Source: Anaerovoracaceae bacterium (GTDB lineage: Bacteria; Bacillota; Clostridia; Peptostreptococcales; Anaerovoracaceae). Taken from it: a stretch of 49,829 nucleotides of DNA. This document shows positions 1-10,119 of this stretch, one piece after another (the stretch's first letter is position 1; every line of letters begins with the position of its first letter). Under the pieces are notes generated by a model that was not told the DNA's origin, made no database searches, and saw only the letters and a program-made list of their open reading frames with translations. The position numbers were made by a program, and so were the translations under genes. The stretch lies in the NCBI GenBank assembly GCA_031553975.1, contig JAVBKP010000049.1, positions 1-49,829 of the forward strand. Reading direction: 5' to 3'.

Positions 1-2090
1 AAATACTGAGATGCGCCTCCACTTCCAATATTATTCTTAGCAGTGACAACAAAAGAATATACAGTCCCATACTCTAAACTAGGTGCATTTGTCGCCTTAT
101 CAAGAGTAATAGAGAGAGCCGAAGTTGTTATATCAATAGCCGCAGGGCTTGATATAATTCTATATTCTGTAATTGGACTTCCATAATCATTAGCTTGGCC
201 GTAGCTCACATTTATTTTCTCTCCTGATGTCGTAACTGATGCGTTAGTCACTGTACCTGGTATCGTCGCTTGTAGCCCATATGAGATGGCCGCGTTAGAT
301 ATTCCTCTATCATATGTAATAGCAACCACTGCAAACATATTATTCGTACCTACTTGTATGTCACTGCTTTGGCCTGGATTTAACTGAGCCGCTATCTTAG
401 GAGTATCGTTCCATTTTGCCCTAGTATCAATGTTTACATCAATCGCTGGCGTTATTATATAATATGCCGCTATCCCATCACTAGGAACCGTTATGTTAAG
501 TATTCCATCAATGTTGTTGGCAGCAGATGCTAAATAAATGCCTGCGTTGTACGGACCTTGGGCGGAGATGTTCGTTTGCATCAATAAAGTTTTCGCATCA
601 AATCCCTTGGCTGCACCAACCTCACTTCTAAAGCTCCAAGTATTAGGTAGAAGGTTGGTATAATAAGCATAATTCCCGGTACCCACTGATTTATTTGGTG
701 TGTCTACTATCAAGTTCAGACATGATAGGCTAAATAACTTATCAAAGCTTGTTACCCCTGCTTGTGTTGTATTTATAGCTTGTTGCGTGCCAGTAAGGTT
801 ATTCCAAAACAAGTCCCCTACTAATGTTTGTGCGTCCAAGTTTGTAAGTCCATCATCTGTAACTAATGACGTAACTTCGCCTTTATACTGATAATACTCG
901 TAAAGCATTGCAAAAGCTGCACTATGGTACTGCCCTTGGGCGTTGACATCAAAGTCGAAATCGTGCATTAGCAATCTGTTCATATAAAGTGGCGGTATTA
1001 GGTATTCTTGTGAGCTGCCTAAAGATTTGAAGCTATAATTTTTGCCCTCTGTATATAGCATTTTAGCTAATATTACTAATCCACCTTCAAACCAACCAGC
1101 TGTTGGTTTAATCCCGTCATTCTCCGTAAATCTTTTTGATGCGCTTACTAATTTTTCAAACTCGCCTACCATTTCCGAATAGAACGAATGTTGCTTTGCG
1201 GCTCCACCAGAAAATGCTTTATATCCCCTTTTAGAACTGAAATCCGCATACAAAATAGTATCTTTGTTGGAATACATACCATACTCAGCTAGCTCTTCAC
1301 TATTGTCATAAAAGTCTACTGGAGAAAAGGTTACAAAGCTATTTCCATCAACGAATTCATATTCTGTCTGTGTCTCCGCCCATTCCTCGTATTCTTCATC
1401 AATTTCATCAGAAGGATGATACAATATTATATTCGTCACACCCGATCCACTAGCAAACTGAATTGGCGGTCCAAATTTGCTAGTAATCAGCGGATAAATG
1501 CCCTTATCAAATTCAGCCGCAATCGCAACCGCTGTTGCCTTAGGTGTTGTACCATTTGGTTTTAATGTATTGTATGTATCTAGCCTTTTATCAATATAAA
1601 CGTGGCAGTAGTCCCCTTTTGCCGCCAGTATAGCTTGAAATGTACTTGGCCCTGATGTCTCTGCATCCATGGAAAAGTTAAAACTGTTGCCATAAAACAC
1701 ATACGTATCCCCAATATTTATGTTGGCTGGCTTAGGTGCTGTTCTCCCAACTGGTTTTTGTTTTAACTTTAAAGGCTCTGCACCTTTTGGCACAGCTCTT
1801 TGTACACCTTGTATTTGTTGAGTTTCTAAGGATTTCGTCAAACTCACTGTTGGTTCCACAAAGACAATATTTTTCTTAGAAGCAGTCTTAAGCGTAACCT
1901 TAGCTGGTGTCTTCCTAGTTGGTGGTTTAAGGGTCTGTAGATTTTTTAGAGAAGGCTTCACAAGTTTTGTTGTTGTAACCGCTGGCTTTGTCGGCACCTT
2001 AACACTGGCCGCATCCACTTCAAGACTGGTTCCCATGGTTGTTGCCACTAAAGCCAACACCAAAATAAAAGACAATGGTTTTTTTAACAT
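1..2090 (-). CDS. Putative secreted protein, N-terminal part only; the 3' end runs off the window start. Hand translation starts MLKKPLSFILVLALVATTMG, which looks like a signal peptide.
   Basis: Reverse strand is open from the ATG at 2088-2090 down to position 1. AGGTGGAGAG RBS 5 nt upstream. Hydrophobic N-terminus. Not in the ORF track because it is unterminated. Function not recognised. Confidence 0.5.
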   Translation of the reverse strand, partial: MLKKPLSFILVLALVATTMGTSLEVDAASVKVPTKPAVTTTKLVKPSLKNLQTLKPPTRKTPAKVTLKTASKKNIVFVEPTVSLTKSLETQQIQGVQRAVPKGAEPLKLKQKPVGRTAPKPANINIGDTYVFYGNSFNFSMDAETSGPSTFQAILAAKGDYCHVYIDKRLDTYNTLKPNGTTPKATAVAIAAEFDKGIYPLITSKFGPPIQFASGSGVTNIILYHPSDEIDEEYEEWAETQTEYEFVDGNSFVTFSPVDFYDNSEELAEYGMYSNKDTILYADFSSKRGYKAFSGGAAKQHSFYSEMVGEFEKLVSASKRFTENDGIKPTAGWFEGGLVILAKMLYTEGKNYSFKSLGSSQEYLIPPLYMNRLLMHDFDFDVNAQGQYHSAAFAMLYEYYQYKGEVTSLVTDDGLTNLDAQTLVGDLFWNNLTGTQQAINTTQAGVTSFDKLFSLSCLNLIVDTPNKSVGTGNYAYYTNLLPNTWSFRSEVGAAKGFDAKTLLMQTNISAQGPYNAGIYLASAANNIDGILNITVPSDGIAAYYIITPAIDVNIDTRAKWNDTPKIAAQLNPGQSSDIQVGTNNMFAVVAITYDRGISNAAISYGLQATIPGTVTNASVTTSGEKINVSYGQANDYGSPITEYRIISSPAAIDITTSALSITLDKATNAPSLEYGTVYSFVVTAKNNIGSGGASQY

Positions 2091-2127
2091 CTCTCCACCT
2101 CGCATATATGTAATCTATTAATTCTTT

Positions 2128-2162
2128 CAAAAAATATTCTAGGGATAGCATTATACTATCCC
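2128..2162 (-). terminator. Possible rho-independent terminator downstream of the permease pair
   Basis: 7-bp stem GGGATAG/CTATCCC (2142-2162) with a 7-nt loop. A-run 2129-2134 gives a U-run on the minus-strand RNA after a 6-nt spacer. Confidence 0.3.
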
Positions 2163-2224
2163 TTCAAGTATATCATATTTGCAAACTGTAAAGCTAGTGT
2201 TTTGCAGTGCATTCATATGCCATA

Positions 2225-3502
2225 TTATATATATCTAATAAACATGTATCCCGTACAAATTACGATTGTGAGTAGCATGAGCGGGAATGCCACTTTCATA
2301 TAGCCTACAAAGGTGATTTTGTACCCTGCTGCATCTGACATACCTGCTGCTACCACGTTGGCGCTGGCTCCTATGATGGTACCGTTGCCACCTAGACACG
2401 CACCGAGGGCTAAAGCCCACCACAGCGGCCATACATCCATGCCCCCTACATCTTGCATGTTCATGATGAGCGGAATCATGGTAGCTACAAAAGGTATATT
2501 GTCTAAGAAAGCCGAAGCAATGGCCGATACCCACAGTATAGCTATTGTGGCCAGCACAATGTCTCCTCCTGTAGCTGCTAGCACTTTGTCCGCCAAGGCG
2601 TGTATAACACCTGCATGTTCCAGTCCGCCTACTAGCATGAATAGCCCTGCAAAGAAAAATATAGTTTTCCATTCTACTTCTTTTAGTATATGCTCTACGT
2701 CTACCTTTGATATGAGCAAAAGAACCATAGCACCTGTCATGGCCACAATGGAAGATTCGATGTGAAGTGCAGAGTGGGTAAAAAATCCTAACACCACAAA
2801 AGCAAACACAATTAGACTTTTTTTCAATAGTGGTACATCTGTGATATAGTCTTTGGCATTGTGGGCAAGGGCTCTTGCTCTCACCTCTGGGGTGGCCGTA
2901 AGGCTTTTTCTATATAGTAATGCAAAAATAACAGTGGTAAGCACTAAAAGTGGAATGGCTATGACTGCGCTGTTGGTAATAAATGACATGAAGTCTATGC
3001 CTGCCTTGCTTCCAATCATTATATTGGGCGGATCACCTATTAAGGTGGCTGTCCCTCCCACATTTGAGGCGAAAATCTGCGCTATAATCACTGGTATCGG
3101 GTTGATCTCTAAATCCTTTGCTATGGTCAAAGTCACGGGCACTATGAGCAGGATTGTGGTTACATTGTCAAGCAAAGCTGACAATATGCCTGTTATGATT
3201 CCTAATAGTATCATCAACACAAATGGATTTGCTTTGGATACATGTACTACAGATACTGCTATATATTGAAATAATCCTGTTTTTTGTATAACCATAACAA
3301 TAATCATCATAGCCACCAGTAGTCCAATGGTGTTATAATCAATGGCCAAAAAAGCATTGTGGGCGGAAAGTCCTCCAAACAAAATCATGGCCATGGCACC
3401 ACCAACTGCTAGCACCGCCCTGTCGATTTTCTCAGAGATAATCCCTACATACACAGCCACAAAGATTATTATGGATATTAAAAAATAAGGGTTTTCTTTC
3501 AT
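2225..3502 (-). CDS. ArsB/NhaD (CitMHS) superfamily anion permease, paralog 1
   Basis: 425-aa polytopic membrane protein. Motifs DYNTIGLL, ILSALLDNVTT and ASNVGGTATLIGDPPNIMIG are typical of this permease superfamily. Collinear with the adjacent paralog. Confidence 0.8.
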   Translation of the reverse strand: MKENPYFLISIIIFVAVYVGIISEKIDRAVLAVGGAMAMILFGGLSAHNAFLAIDYNTIGLLVAMMIIVMVIQKTGLFQYIAVSVVHVSKANPFVLMILLGIITGILSALLDNVTTILLIVPVTLTIAKDLEINPIPVIIAQIFASNVGGTATLIGDPPNIMIGSKAGIDFMSFITNSAVIAIPLLVLTTVIFALLYRKSLTATPEVRARALAHNAKDYITDVPLLKKSLIVFAFVVLGFFTHSALHIESSIVAMTGAMVLLLISKVDVEHILKEVEWKTIFFFAGLFMLVGGLEHAGVIHALADKVLAATGGDIVLATIAILWVSAIASAFLDNIPFVATMIPLIMNMQDVGGMDVWPLWWALALGACLGGNGTIIGASANVVAAGMSDAAGYKITFVGYMKVAFPLMLLTIVICTGYMFIRYI

Positions 3503-3524
3503 TCATATTCCTCCAAAATTAGAA

Positions 3525-4793
3525 TTATATATACCTAATAACGATATATACTGTTGATATAGCAATGGTTAAAAGCATAACTGGAAAGGCTATTTTAAAG
3601 TACTGTCCAAAGGTAATCTTATATCCATTGCTCTCTGCCATACCTATAGCCACAACATTGGCACTAGCCCCTATGACCGTACCATTGCCTCCTAAGCATG
3701 CTCCTAGCGACAATGCCCACCACAGTGGTCCGATGTCCATTCCAGTCATCTGTCCCATGCCCATAATCAACGGAATCATAGTAGCTACGAATGGAATGTT
3801 GTCGATAAACGCTGACGCGATGGCTGACACCCACAATACCGCTATTACCGTTAGCAATAAGTCTCCATTGGTAATATCGATCACAGCTCTTGCCAAGGCA
3901 TCAATAACCCCTGCATGCTCTATACCACCTACCAGAATGAACAGTCCAATAAAGAAGAAAATGGTTTTCCACTCTACCTGAGGCAGTACATGTTCTGTAT
4001 CAGACTTAGATATAAATAATAACACAGTGGCACCTACTAGTGCAATTATGGAAGACTCTATATGTAATGCGCCGTGGAGGAAAAACCCGATAACAACAGC
4101 CACAAACACGGCTAGACATTTTTTTAACAATGCCATGTCCTTAATACATTCCTTTGGGTCAGCCGAAAGAACTTTTGCCTTCACCTCATCTGAGGCCACA
4201 AGAGATTTTCGATAAATAATAGCAAATAGACCTGATGTTATCATTAATATTGGCAGGGCGATTGGCGCTGTATTGAGGACAAAACTCATGAAATCAAGCC
4301 CCGCTTGGCTTCCTATCATAATATTGGGGGGATCGCCAATAAGCGTCGCTGTCCCTCCTACATTAGACGCGAATATGGCGGCTATTATGTATGGGATTGG
4401 GTTTACCTTCAACTCTTTTGTCACAGTGAGGGTAATTGGTAAAATGAGCAAAATCGTGGTCACATTGTCCAGCAATGCGGAAAGAATTCCCGTTACTAGC
4501 GATAGCAATATGATCAGCGATAATGGATTTGCTTTAGAAATCTTCACCATCAACACGGCCATATACTCAAAGGCACCTGTGGTTTTCATAATCATAACAA
4601 TGATCATCATAGCTACAAGCAGCCCAATTGTATTATAATCAATGGCTAAAAAAGCATCTTCTGTTGTAAGTATCCCTGTCAAAATCATCAGCAGGGCTCC
4701 TGCCATAGCGACTACGGCCCTATCAAATTTTTCTGAGATGATGGCAGCGTACACTACCACAAAAATAATAATAGAAATTGTAAAATGCGTCAT
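3525..4793 (-). CDS. ArsB/NhaD (CitMHS) superfamily anion permease, paralog 2
   Basis: 422 aa, collinear with 2225..3502 by eye. 22-nt gap to the paralog, so a tandem duplication in one operon. Confidence 0.8.
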   Translation of the reverse strand: MTHFTISIIIFVVVYAAIISEKFDRAVVAMAGALLMILTGILTTEDAFLAIDYNTIGLLVAMMIIVMIMKTTGAFEYMAVLMVKISKANPLSLIILLSLVTGILSALLDNVTTILLILPITLTVTKELKVNPIPYIIAAIFASNVGGTATLIGDPPNIMIGSQAGLDFMSFVLNTAPIALPILMITSGLFAIIYRKSLVASDEVKAKVLSADPKECIKDMALLKKCLAVFVAVVIGFFLHGALHIESSIIALVGATVLLFISKSDTEHVLPQVEWKTIFFFIGLFILVGGIEHAGVIDALARAVIDITNGDLLLTVIAVLWVSAIASAFIDNIPFVATMIPLIMGMGQMTGMDIGPLWWALSLGACLGGNGTVIGASANVVAIGMAESNGYKITFGQYFKIAFPVMLLTIAISTVYIVIRYI

Positions 4794-4867
4794 TCCTACC
4801 CCCTCATATACTGTGAACGGATTTTTCTTATCTCATTCACAAAATTGTTTATTCTCTACATTTTACC

Positions 4868-4906
4868 ATAAAAAAAGAGCAAAACAAAAGTTTTACTCTT
4901 TTTTTA
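4868..4906 (-). terminator. Rho-independent terminator, likely bidirectional, downstream of the YjfB-like gene
   Basis: Stem AAGAGCAAAAC/GTTTTACTCTT with an AAAA loop, flanked by an A-run and a T-run. Confidence 0.5.
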
Positions 4907-4910
4907 TGGC

Positions 4911-5087
4911 CTATGCCCTTACGTCGATTTTGCTTCCCACATTTGGGTTAGCAGGCGTAAGAGTTTGAAGTAGCTGAGTTGCTTGTTCAGACTCCATATT
5001 CATGGATTTTTTTAGAACATTCATTCCAACAGCACCGTTACTTGCAAGCGCAGCTACTTGACCTGAAATATTACCTACTCCTGACAT
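4911..5087 (-). CDS. YjfB-family small putative motility protein, 58 aa: MSGVGNISGQVAALASNGAVGMNVLKKSMNMESEQATQLLQTLTPANPNVGSKIDVRA
   Basis: Hand translation. Strong GGAGGG RBS 6 nt upstream of the ATG at 5085-5087. Stop at 4911-4913. Motif GMNVLKKSM...QLLQ matches the YjfB-type family. Below the ORF-track size cutoff. Confidence 0.55.
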   Translation of the reverse strand: MSGVGNISGQVAALASNGAVGMNVLKKSMNMESEQATQLLQTLTPANPNVGSKIDVRA

Positions 5088-5123
5088 AGCAATCCCTCCA
5101 TTCTTCTCCTTGCCTTCGCAAGG

Positions 5124-6245
5124 TTATTGCTTTATCCCGTGATACTGAAAATACGTGGTCTCCAGCCTACCGTTATAAAGCTTACGTTTTCTATCGGCTT
5201 TTTTTCTGGAGAATTTATACTCAAATTCTTTATCTGCTGTAATTAAAAATAATGACCAGTCTGGCTTTTCTTTAAAAAATCGGCCTAGCCCCGTGTATAT
5301 TTTTTCAATTTCGTCTTTTTCACCAATTCTCTCACCATAGGGAGGGTTGGTAACGATAATGCCACTTTTTTCGTCAGAGACGAATTTGTTGAAAGCCATG
5401 ATTTTAAAGTCAATGCAATCCTCTACACCAGCTTCTATGGCATTTTCCCTTGCCGCCATAATCGCTCTTTTGTCAATGTCCGATGCTATTATCTTCACAT
5501 CAGCCTCGTTCTTTACTGCCTCAAAAGCTTCTTTACGGGCATCCTTCCAGACCTGTGACTGTATACAAGGCCAGCCTTCTGCTGCAAATCTTCGTCCAAC
5601 ACCAGGTGCAATGTTTTTACCAATCATAGCGGCTTCAATCACGATGGTGCCTGAGCCACAGAACGGGTCCACCAGCAACCTTCCCTCTCGCCAAAAGCTC
5701 AACTGTACCAACGCTGCTGCCAAAGTCTCCTTGATCGGTGCCTGTACGTCTTTGATCCTATATCCTCGTTTGTGAAGTCCTTGTCCACTGGTGTCAATGG
5801 TCAAAGTAACGGTGTCTTTAAGTATGGTGACCTTAACTGCAAAATCAGCCCCAGTTTTATCAAACCAGTCTTTTTCGTAGGCCCCCTTCAATCTCTCCAC
5901 GATAGCTTTCTCCACAATGCTTTGGCAATCTGGCACGCTATGCAGCTGTGACCTCACCGATGATCCAGATATGATAAACTTCCCATCCACAGGAATCCAA
6001 TCTTCCCAAGGCAGTTTTTTTGTGTTTTGAAATAGCTCTTCAAAAGACTCTGCTTTGAACTCTCCCATCTTCACCAGTACCCTATCGGCACTTCTCAGCC
6101 ACAAATTGGATTTTGCAATGGCTAGTTCGTCCCCTTCAAAGGTAATTTTCCCATCTTCAGAGCGAAGAATCTTGTATCCAAGATTTTCTACTTCCCTTTT
6201 TACTACAGCTTCTAGACCAAATGTGGCCGTGGCTATTAACTCCAT
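5124..6245 (-). CDS. THUMP-domain class I SAM-dependent RNA methyltransferase (RlmL/YpsC-like)
   Basis: N-terminal THUMP-like region. VDPFCGSGTIVIEAA SAM-binding motif. NPPYGERIG catalytic motif. Confidence 0.8.
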   Translation of the reverse strand: MELIATATFGLEAVVKREVENLGYKILRSEDGKITFEGDELAIAKSNLWLRSADRVLVKMGEFKAESFEELFQNTKKLPWEDWIPVDGKFIISGSSVRSQLHSVPDCQSIVEKAIVERLKGAYEKDWFDKTGADFAVKVTILKDTVTLTIDTSGQGLHKRGYRIKDVQAPIKETLAAALVQLSFWREGRLLVDPFCGSGTIVIEAAMIGKNIAPGVGRRFAAEGWPCIQSQVWKDARKEAFEAVKNEADVKIIASDIDKRAIMAARENAIEAGVEDCIDFKIMAFNKFVSDEKSGIIVTNPPYGERIGEKDEIEKIYTGLGRFFKEKPDWSLFLITADKEFEYKFSRKKADRKRKLYNGRLETTYFQYHGIKQ

Positions 6246-6265
6246 CTCTATATCTCCTATTACAA

Positions 6266-7078
6266 TTACAATATAAACTTTTCTATGGCCTTTGCCACAC
6301 CATCATTATCGCAGGTATCTGTTATATACTTGGCTATATTCTTTATCTCAGGCACTGCATTGCCCATGGCTATTCCCAGTCCTGCTGCCCTAATCATGGC
6401 TTCGTCGTTTAGATTATCACCAATACATATGATTTCCTCTGGTTTGATCCCCAAGGTAGCCCCATATTTCATCACGCCATTTGCCTTTGTAGCTGTATGG
6501 TTGGTAATCTCGTAATTGTTGACAGCTGACGAGGTCACATCTACATCTGTCCTACCTTGCAAAAGCGCCTTGTGGTAGGCCCGCTGCTTATCGCCCTCAC
6601 TAATAATAAATATTTTGTAAATCGGCTCTCTGTCCAATGCCTCGAAAGGGTCTTTGACAATCTCAATTGGAATTCTGTCTGCTGGAGGCAGGTCTTTGTT
6701 CCATTGCAGGAAGGCTTTGGCCGTAGCGGTTTCTTCCGGCGCATAAAAAGTCTCTTCTCCATAAAACTGAAAAAAAGTTCCATCTTTTATAAAAAGTTCA
6801 AAAAGTTCCCTGCAACTCTTCTTGTTTAACGGATCTCCAAAAATCAGTTTGCCATCTAAGCCGCTTTTGGCAACAGCGCCATTACAACAAAGTACCGCAG
6901 AGTCCAACTCTAACTGACTTGCATACACCTTGGCTGAGCCATATATTCTCCCACTGGCCAAAGCAAAATGTACTCCTTTATTTATAGCTGCTCTAATTAC
7001 CTCTTTGGTATATTGGGTTATCTCAAACTTGCTATTGATCAACGTTCCGTCAATATCACTTGCAATTAATTTGTACAC
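6266..7078 (-). CDS. Cof-type HAD-IIB family hydrolase
   Basis: ASDIDGTL motif I. Cof cap. C-terminal IGDNLNDEAMI motif. Confidence 0.8.
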   Translation of the reverse strand: MYKLIASDIDGTLINSKFEITQYTKEVIRAAINKGVHFALASGRIYGSAKVYASQLELDSAVLCCNGAVAKSGLDGKLIFGDPLNKKSCRELFELFIKDGTFFQFYGEETFYAPEETATAKAFLQWNKDLPPADRIPIEIVKDPFEALDREPIYKIFIISEGDKQRAYHKALLQGRTDVDVTSSAVNNYEITNHTATKANGVMKYGATLGIKPEEIICIGDNLNDEAMIRAAGLGIAMGNAVPEIKNIAKYITDTCDNDGVAKAIEKFIL

Positions 7079-7079
7079 A

Positions 7080-7835
7080 TTAACTCCTTTGCTCTAGTTC
7101 TAATTTAACTTGACAAGACTTCGTCCCTTTGTCCGTGTCAAGGATTTCAATTATAATTATATTCGGCCCCTCATCATATCTATTCGTCTCCACATACTCG
7201 CCATCTTTACACTCAGCAATAAAACTAGCCTCTACGGCAACAATATCTCGCTCTCTAAGCTCTTCTACGCTCAATGTATCAAATGCCCATTCTACGTATT
7301 TGGCATTGTTAACATGCCCATACATGTCTATATCGTTGTAAGAGACCGTTCGGGTGATTCTTTTCGTCATCTGCCCGGTGACTATGATTTTGCCGGGTCT
7401 TGTGCCTATGGCGCTTTCTTGATCTTCAGGTAATTGGCCTCCTGCATCAAATGCCATCTTAGTTCTACACGGTTTTCTTGTGTTGATATTCATCAATATC
7501 CAGTCGGCAGTACCCAGTACCAACGGTGTTCCTTCTGCATAAAGTCCGTATTCCCTGTAGGCAAACATTTTGTCATAGGTACTAGGCCACGTGCTGACCT
7601 TTATGTCCTGATTCAATCTAGGTCTATGTTTAATCTCAATCCTGATCCTTGCCAATGCCCAAAACATATCATGTTCTAGCAAAAACTCTCTACCGATGGT
7701 AGTGCCGTCGCAATGCTTTAAGGCTACTTCTTGGAATCTATTTAACATGGCTGGTACTTTCATCAGTCCATTGAAGTCAGTCTCATAGCTGGTGATTGTC
7801 ACCTGCTCATCAAGACCTTTGCTCAAGTGTTTCAT
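7080..7835 (-). CDS. Acyl-ACP thioesterase
   Basis: Acyl-ACP_TE family features: two hot-dog halves and YGHVNNAKY. Start set at the internal ATG at 7835, which has a GGAG RBS. The ORF-track start at 7877 has none. Confidence 0.7.
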   Translation of the reverse strand: MKHLSKGLDEQVTITSYETDFNGLMKVPAMLNRFQEVALKHCDGTTIGREFLLEHDMFWALARIRIEIKHRPRLNQDIKVSTWPSTYDKMFAYREYGLYAEGTPLVLGTADWILMNINTRKPCRTKMAFDAGGQLPEDQESAIGTRPGKIIVTGQMTKRITRTVSYNDIDMYGHVNNAKYVEWAFDTLSVEELRERDIVAVEASFIAECKDGEYVETNRYDEGPNIIIIEILDTDKGTKSCQVKLELEQRS

Positions 7836-7883
7836 GCTCTCCACTTCCCCTGATAAAAAAAGTGGGGCATTCCCCACTTTTTA

Positions 7884-8906
7884 TTACAAATAATGCTTTC
7901 TTCTGTTGATCTCGTTTGTTTCAAACAATGCCATGTGGTTAAGGGATTTGCCTGTACCAATAGCCACACAAGATGTTGGATCATCTGCTATGAACACATC
8001 TATGCCTGTCCTAGCTTGGATACGCTTGTCTATTCCATAAAGCAACGCACCACCACCTGTTAATACAATCCCTCTTGCACTAATGTCAGCAGCAAGCTCT
8101 GGTGGCGTTTGTTCTAATACCGCATGTACCGCTTCACATATCTGAGTAAGAGGTTCATCTAATGCCTCAAGCATCTCTTTAGAGCTGATTTCTATGGATT
8201 TTGGAAGTCCTGTCACTAAATCTCTTCCTCTACAGCCCATGGCCACCAATTCTTCTCTTGGATACGCTGTACCAATGGTCACCTTTAATTGCTCCGCTGT
8301 TCTTTCTCCAATATATATCTTGTGTTCTTTTCTCATGTATTTGGTGATGCATTCGTCGAATTTGTCCCCAGCAATTTTCACTGATGCACTAGCTACGATG
8401 CCCCCCAACGAAATAACAGCAATATCAGTGGTGCCTCCACCAATATCAATAACCATGTTGCCATCTGGCTTAGATATATCAATGCCTGCGCCAATGGCGG
8501 CTGCAATAGGTTCCTCTATCAGATAGGCCGCTTTTCCGCCTGCCTGGGTGGCAGCTTCTTTGACAGCACGCTTTTCCACCTCAGTAACACCGCTAGGCAC
8601 ACAAACCATAATCTTTGGTTTGAAAAACTTACCGCTTCCGCAAGTTTTCTTGATAAAGTGCTTTATCATCTTCTCTGTCACATCATAGTCAGAAATAACG
8701 CCATCTTTCAACGGACGAACAGCCACGATATTGGCGGGAGTTTTGCCCAGCATCTGTCTCGCCTCTTCTCCAACAGCCAGTATCTCGTTTGTATCTCTAT
8801 TAATGGCCAGTACAGAAGGCTCTCGCAATACGATGCCTTTTCCCTTCACATAAATAAGTATGTTGGCCGTCCCTAGGTCGATACCAACTTCTGCTGAGAA
8901 TGCCAT
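7884..8906 (-). CDS. mreB: Rod-shape-determining actin homolog MreB/Mbl
   Basis: GIDLGTANILIYVKGKGIVLREPSVLAI and DIGGGTTDIAVISLGG actin-fold motifs. Start chosen at Met14 of the track ORF. Confidence 0.85.
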   Translation of the reverse strand: MAFSAEVGIDLGTANILIYVKGKGIVLREPSVLAINRDTNEILAVGEEARQMLGKTPANIVAVRPLKDGVISDYDVTEKMIKHFIKKTCGSGKFFKPKIMVCVPSGVTEVEKRAVKEAATQAGGKAAYLIEEPIAAAIGAGIDISKPDGNMVIDIGGGTTDIAVISLGGIVASASVKIAGDKFDECITKYMRKEHKIYIGERTAEQLKVTIGTAYPREELVAMGCRGRDLVTGLPKSIEISSKEMLEALDEPLTQICEAVHAVLEQTPPELAADISARGIVLTGGGALLYGIDKRIQARTGIDVFIADDPTSCVAIGTGKSLNHMALFETNEINRRKHYL

Positions 8907-9288
8907 CTTCTTCACATCCCTTTCTGTTTCATTTTCCGTTTTCATTTAATAACCATACTATTATATACTCTTATCTGGTTTTTTTCAACGGCAAATTAAC
9001 CTTTTTTTAGCAATTTTTCGACTTTTAGTTTACATTTTAGTTGATTTTCACAAAAAGCAATTTTTCTTTTCCTTTTTTATGTCCCATTGTCTTTGAATTT
9101 GTTGTTTTGCTGTTTTTCAACATTATTTTACATTATCACATTGTCATGCAAGCGTAAACCAAATCAGAATTGGTTGTTTTAAATTATTTTGTAAACTTAA
9201 CTTAAAACATTGTTTAAACTTGTCCTTTTTTGTGCTTACATTTTTTTGAAATTTTGGTTTTGGGGGGGAACTCTCAAGCAATCTCCTC

Positions 9289-9317
9289 TTGTACCCCTAT
9301 TTTTTTTAGTGTATAAT
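9289..9317 (+). promoter_or_regulatory. Sigma-A-type promoter for the downstream transporter gene
   Basis: -35 TTGTAC (9289-9294), 17-nt spacer, TG + TATAAT (9312-9317). About 38 nt upstream of the ATG at 9355. Confidence 0.4.
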
Positions 9318-9354
9318 CTATCTTTGACATGATTTTTAATAATTTGGAGGGAAT

Positions 9355-9912
9355 ATGAGTCAAGAAAAAACACAAAACATTAAAGTAGCAGATACACTAG
9401 GTAACCCTGCTCCTATGGCCCTGTTAGGGTTCGGTATGACAACAATACTACTTAACATTCACAATGCTGGCTTTTCACCGCTTAATGCGACAATAATTGC
9501 CATGGGTGTATGTTATGGTGGACTAGCTCAAATCATTGGTGGTGTAATGGAATTCAAAAAAGGTAATACTTTTGGAGGAACGGCCTTCACTAGCTACGGA
9601 TTTTTCTGGTTGTCACTTGTATTAATTTGGTGGAACCCAATTGGAGAAAAGGCTACTGGCGCAGATATGGCTGCTTATCTAGGACTATGGGGATTGTTCA
9701 CATTCTTCATGTTCATTAAGACCGTAAAGAGTTCTAACAGAATCACACAACTGGTATTCGGAACATTGACTTTGCTATTCTTGCTACTAGTGCTAGATAA
9801 TGCAACTGGTTCTGAAACAATCAAACATATGGCTGGCTGGGTTGGTCTTGTTTGTGGAAGTTTAGCCTGCTACGATGCTGTTGCACAAATACTAGGACCT
9901 GATCATAAATAA
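9355..9912 (+). CDS. GPR1/FUN34/YaaH family acetate/succinate transporter (SatP-like)
   Basis: Six-TM protein with the NPAPMALLGFGMTT signature. GGAGGG RBS. Confidence 0.8.
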   Translation: MSQEKTQNIKVADTLGNPAPMALLGFGMTTILLNIHNAGFSPLNATIIAMGVCYGGLAQIIGGVMEFKKGNTFGGTAFTSYGFFWLSLVLIWWNPIGEKATGADMAAYLGLWGLFTFFMFIKTVKSSNRITQLVFGTLTLLFLLLVLDNATGSETIKHMAGWVGLVCGSLACYDAVAQILGPDHK

Positions 9913-9935
9913 ATATTTATAGACGTTTATGACGT

Positions 9936-9977
9936 AAAAGTGGCTGTATCGCCTTTGTGATACAGCCACTTTTGGGT
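9936..9977 (+). terminator. Rho-independent terminator
   Basis: Perfect 15-bp stem AAAAGTGGCTGTATC/GATACAGCCACTTTT with an 8-nt loop, then a T-run. Confidence 0.7.
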
Positions 9978-10119
9978 TCATAGCTTACAAAAATCCATTG
10001 ATTTTTGGTCATGTTTTTAGTATAATGATATCAAGAATGAAAATTGTTTGGTTTTGGGCAATGAATTGATACAATTTTCATTTAAACTACAATTTGAAAA
10101 AAGAAAAGAGGGAGAAACT

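Noticed and set aside
2235-4968. Multiple overlapping ORFs on both strands within the permease pair (for example 2313..2765, 2853..3269, 3565..3981, 4273..4638, 4642..4968)
   Set aside because: Alternative frames or antisense of well-supported membrane-protein genes. 4642..4968 also runs across a terminator.
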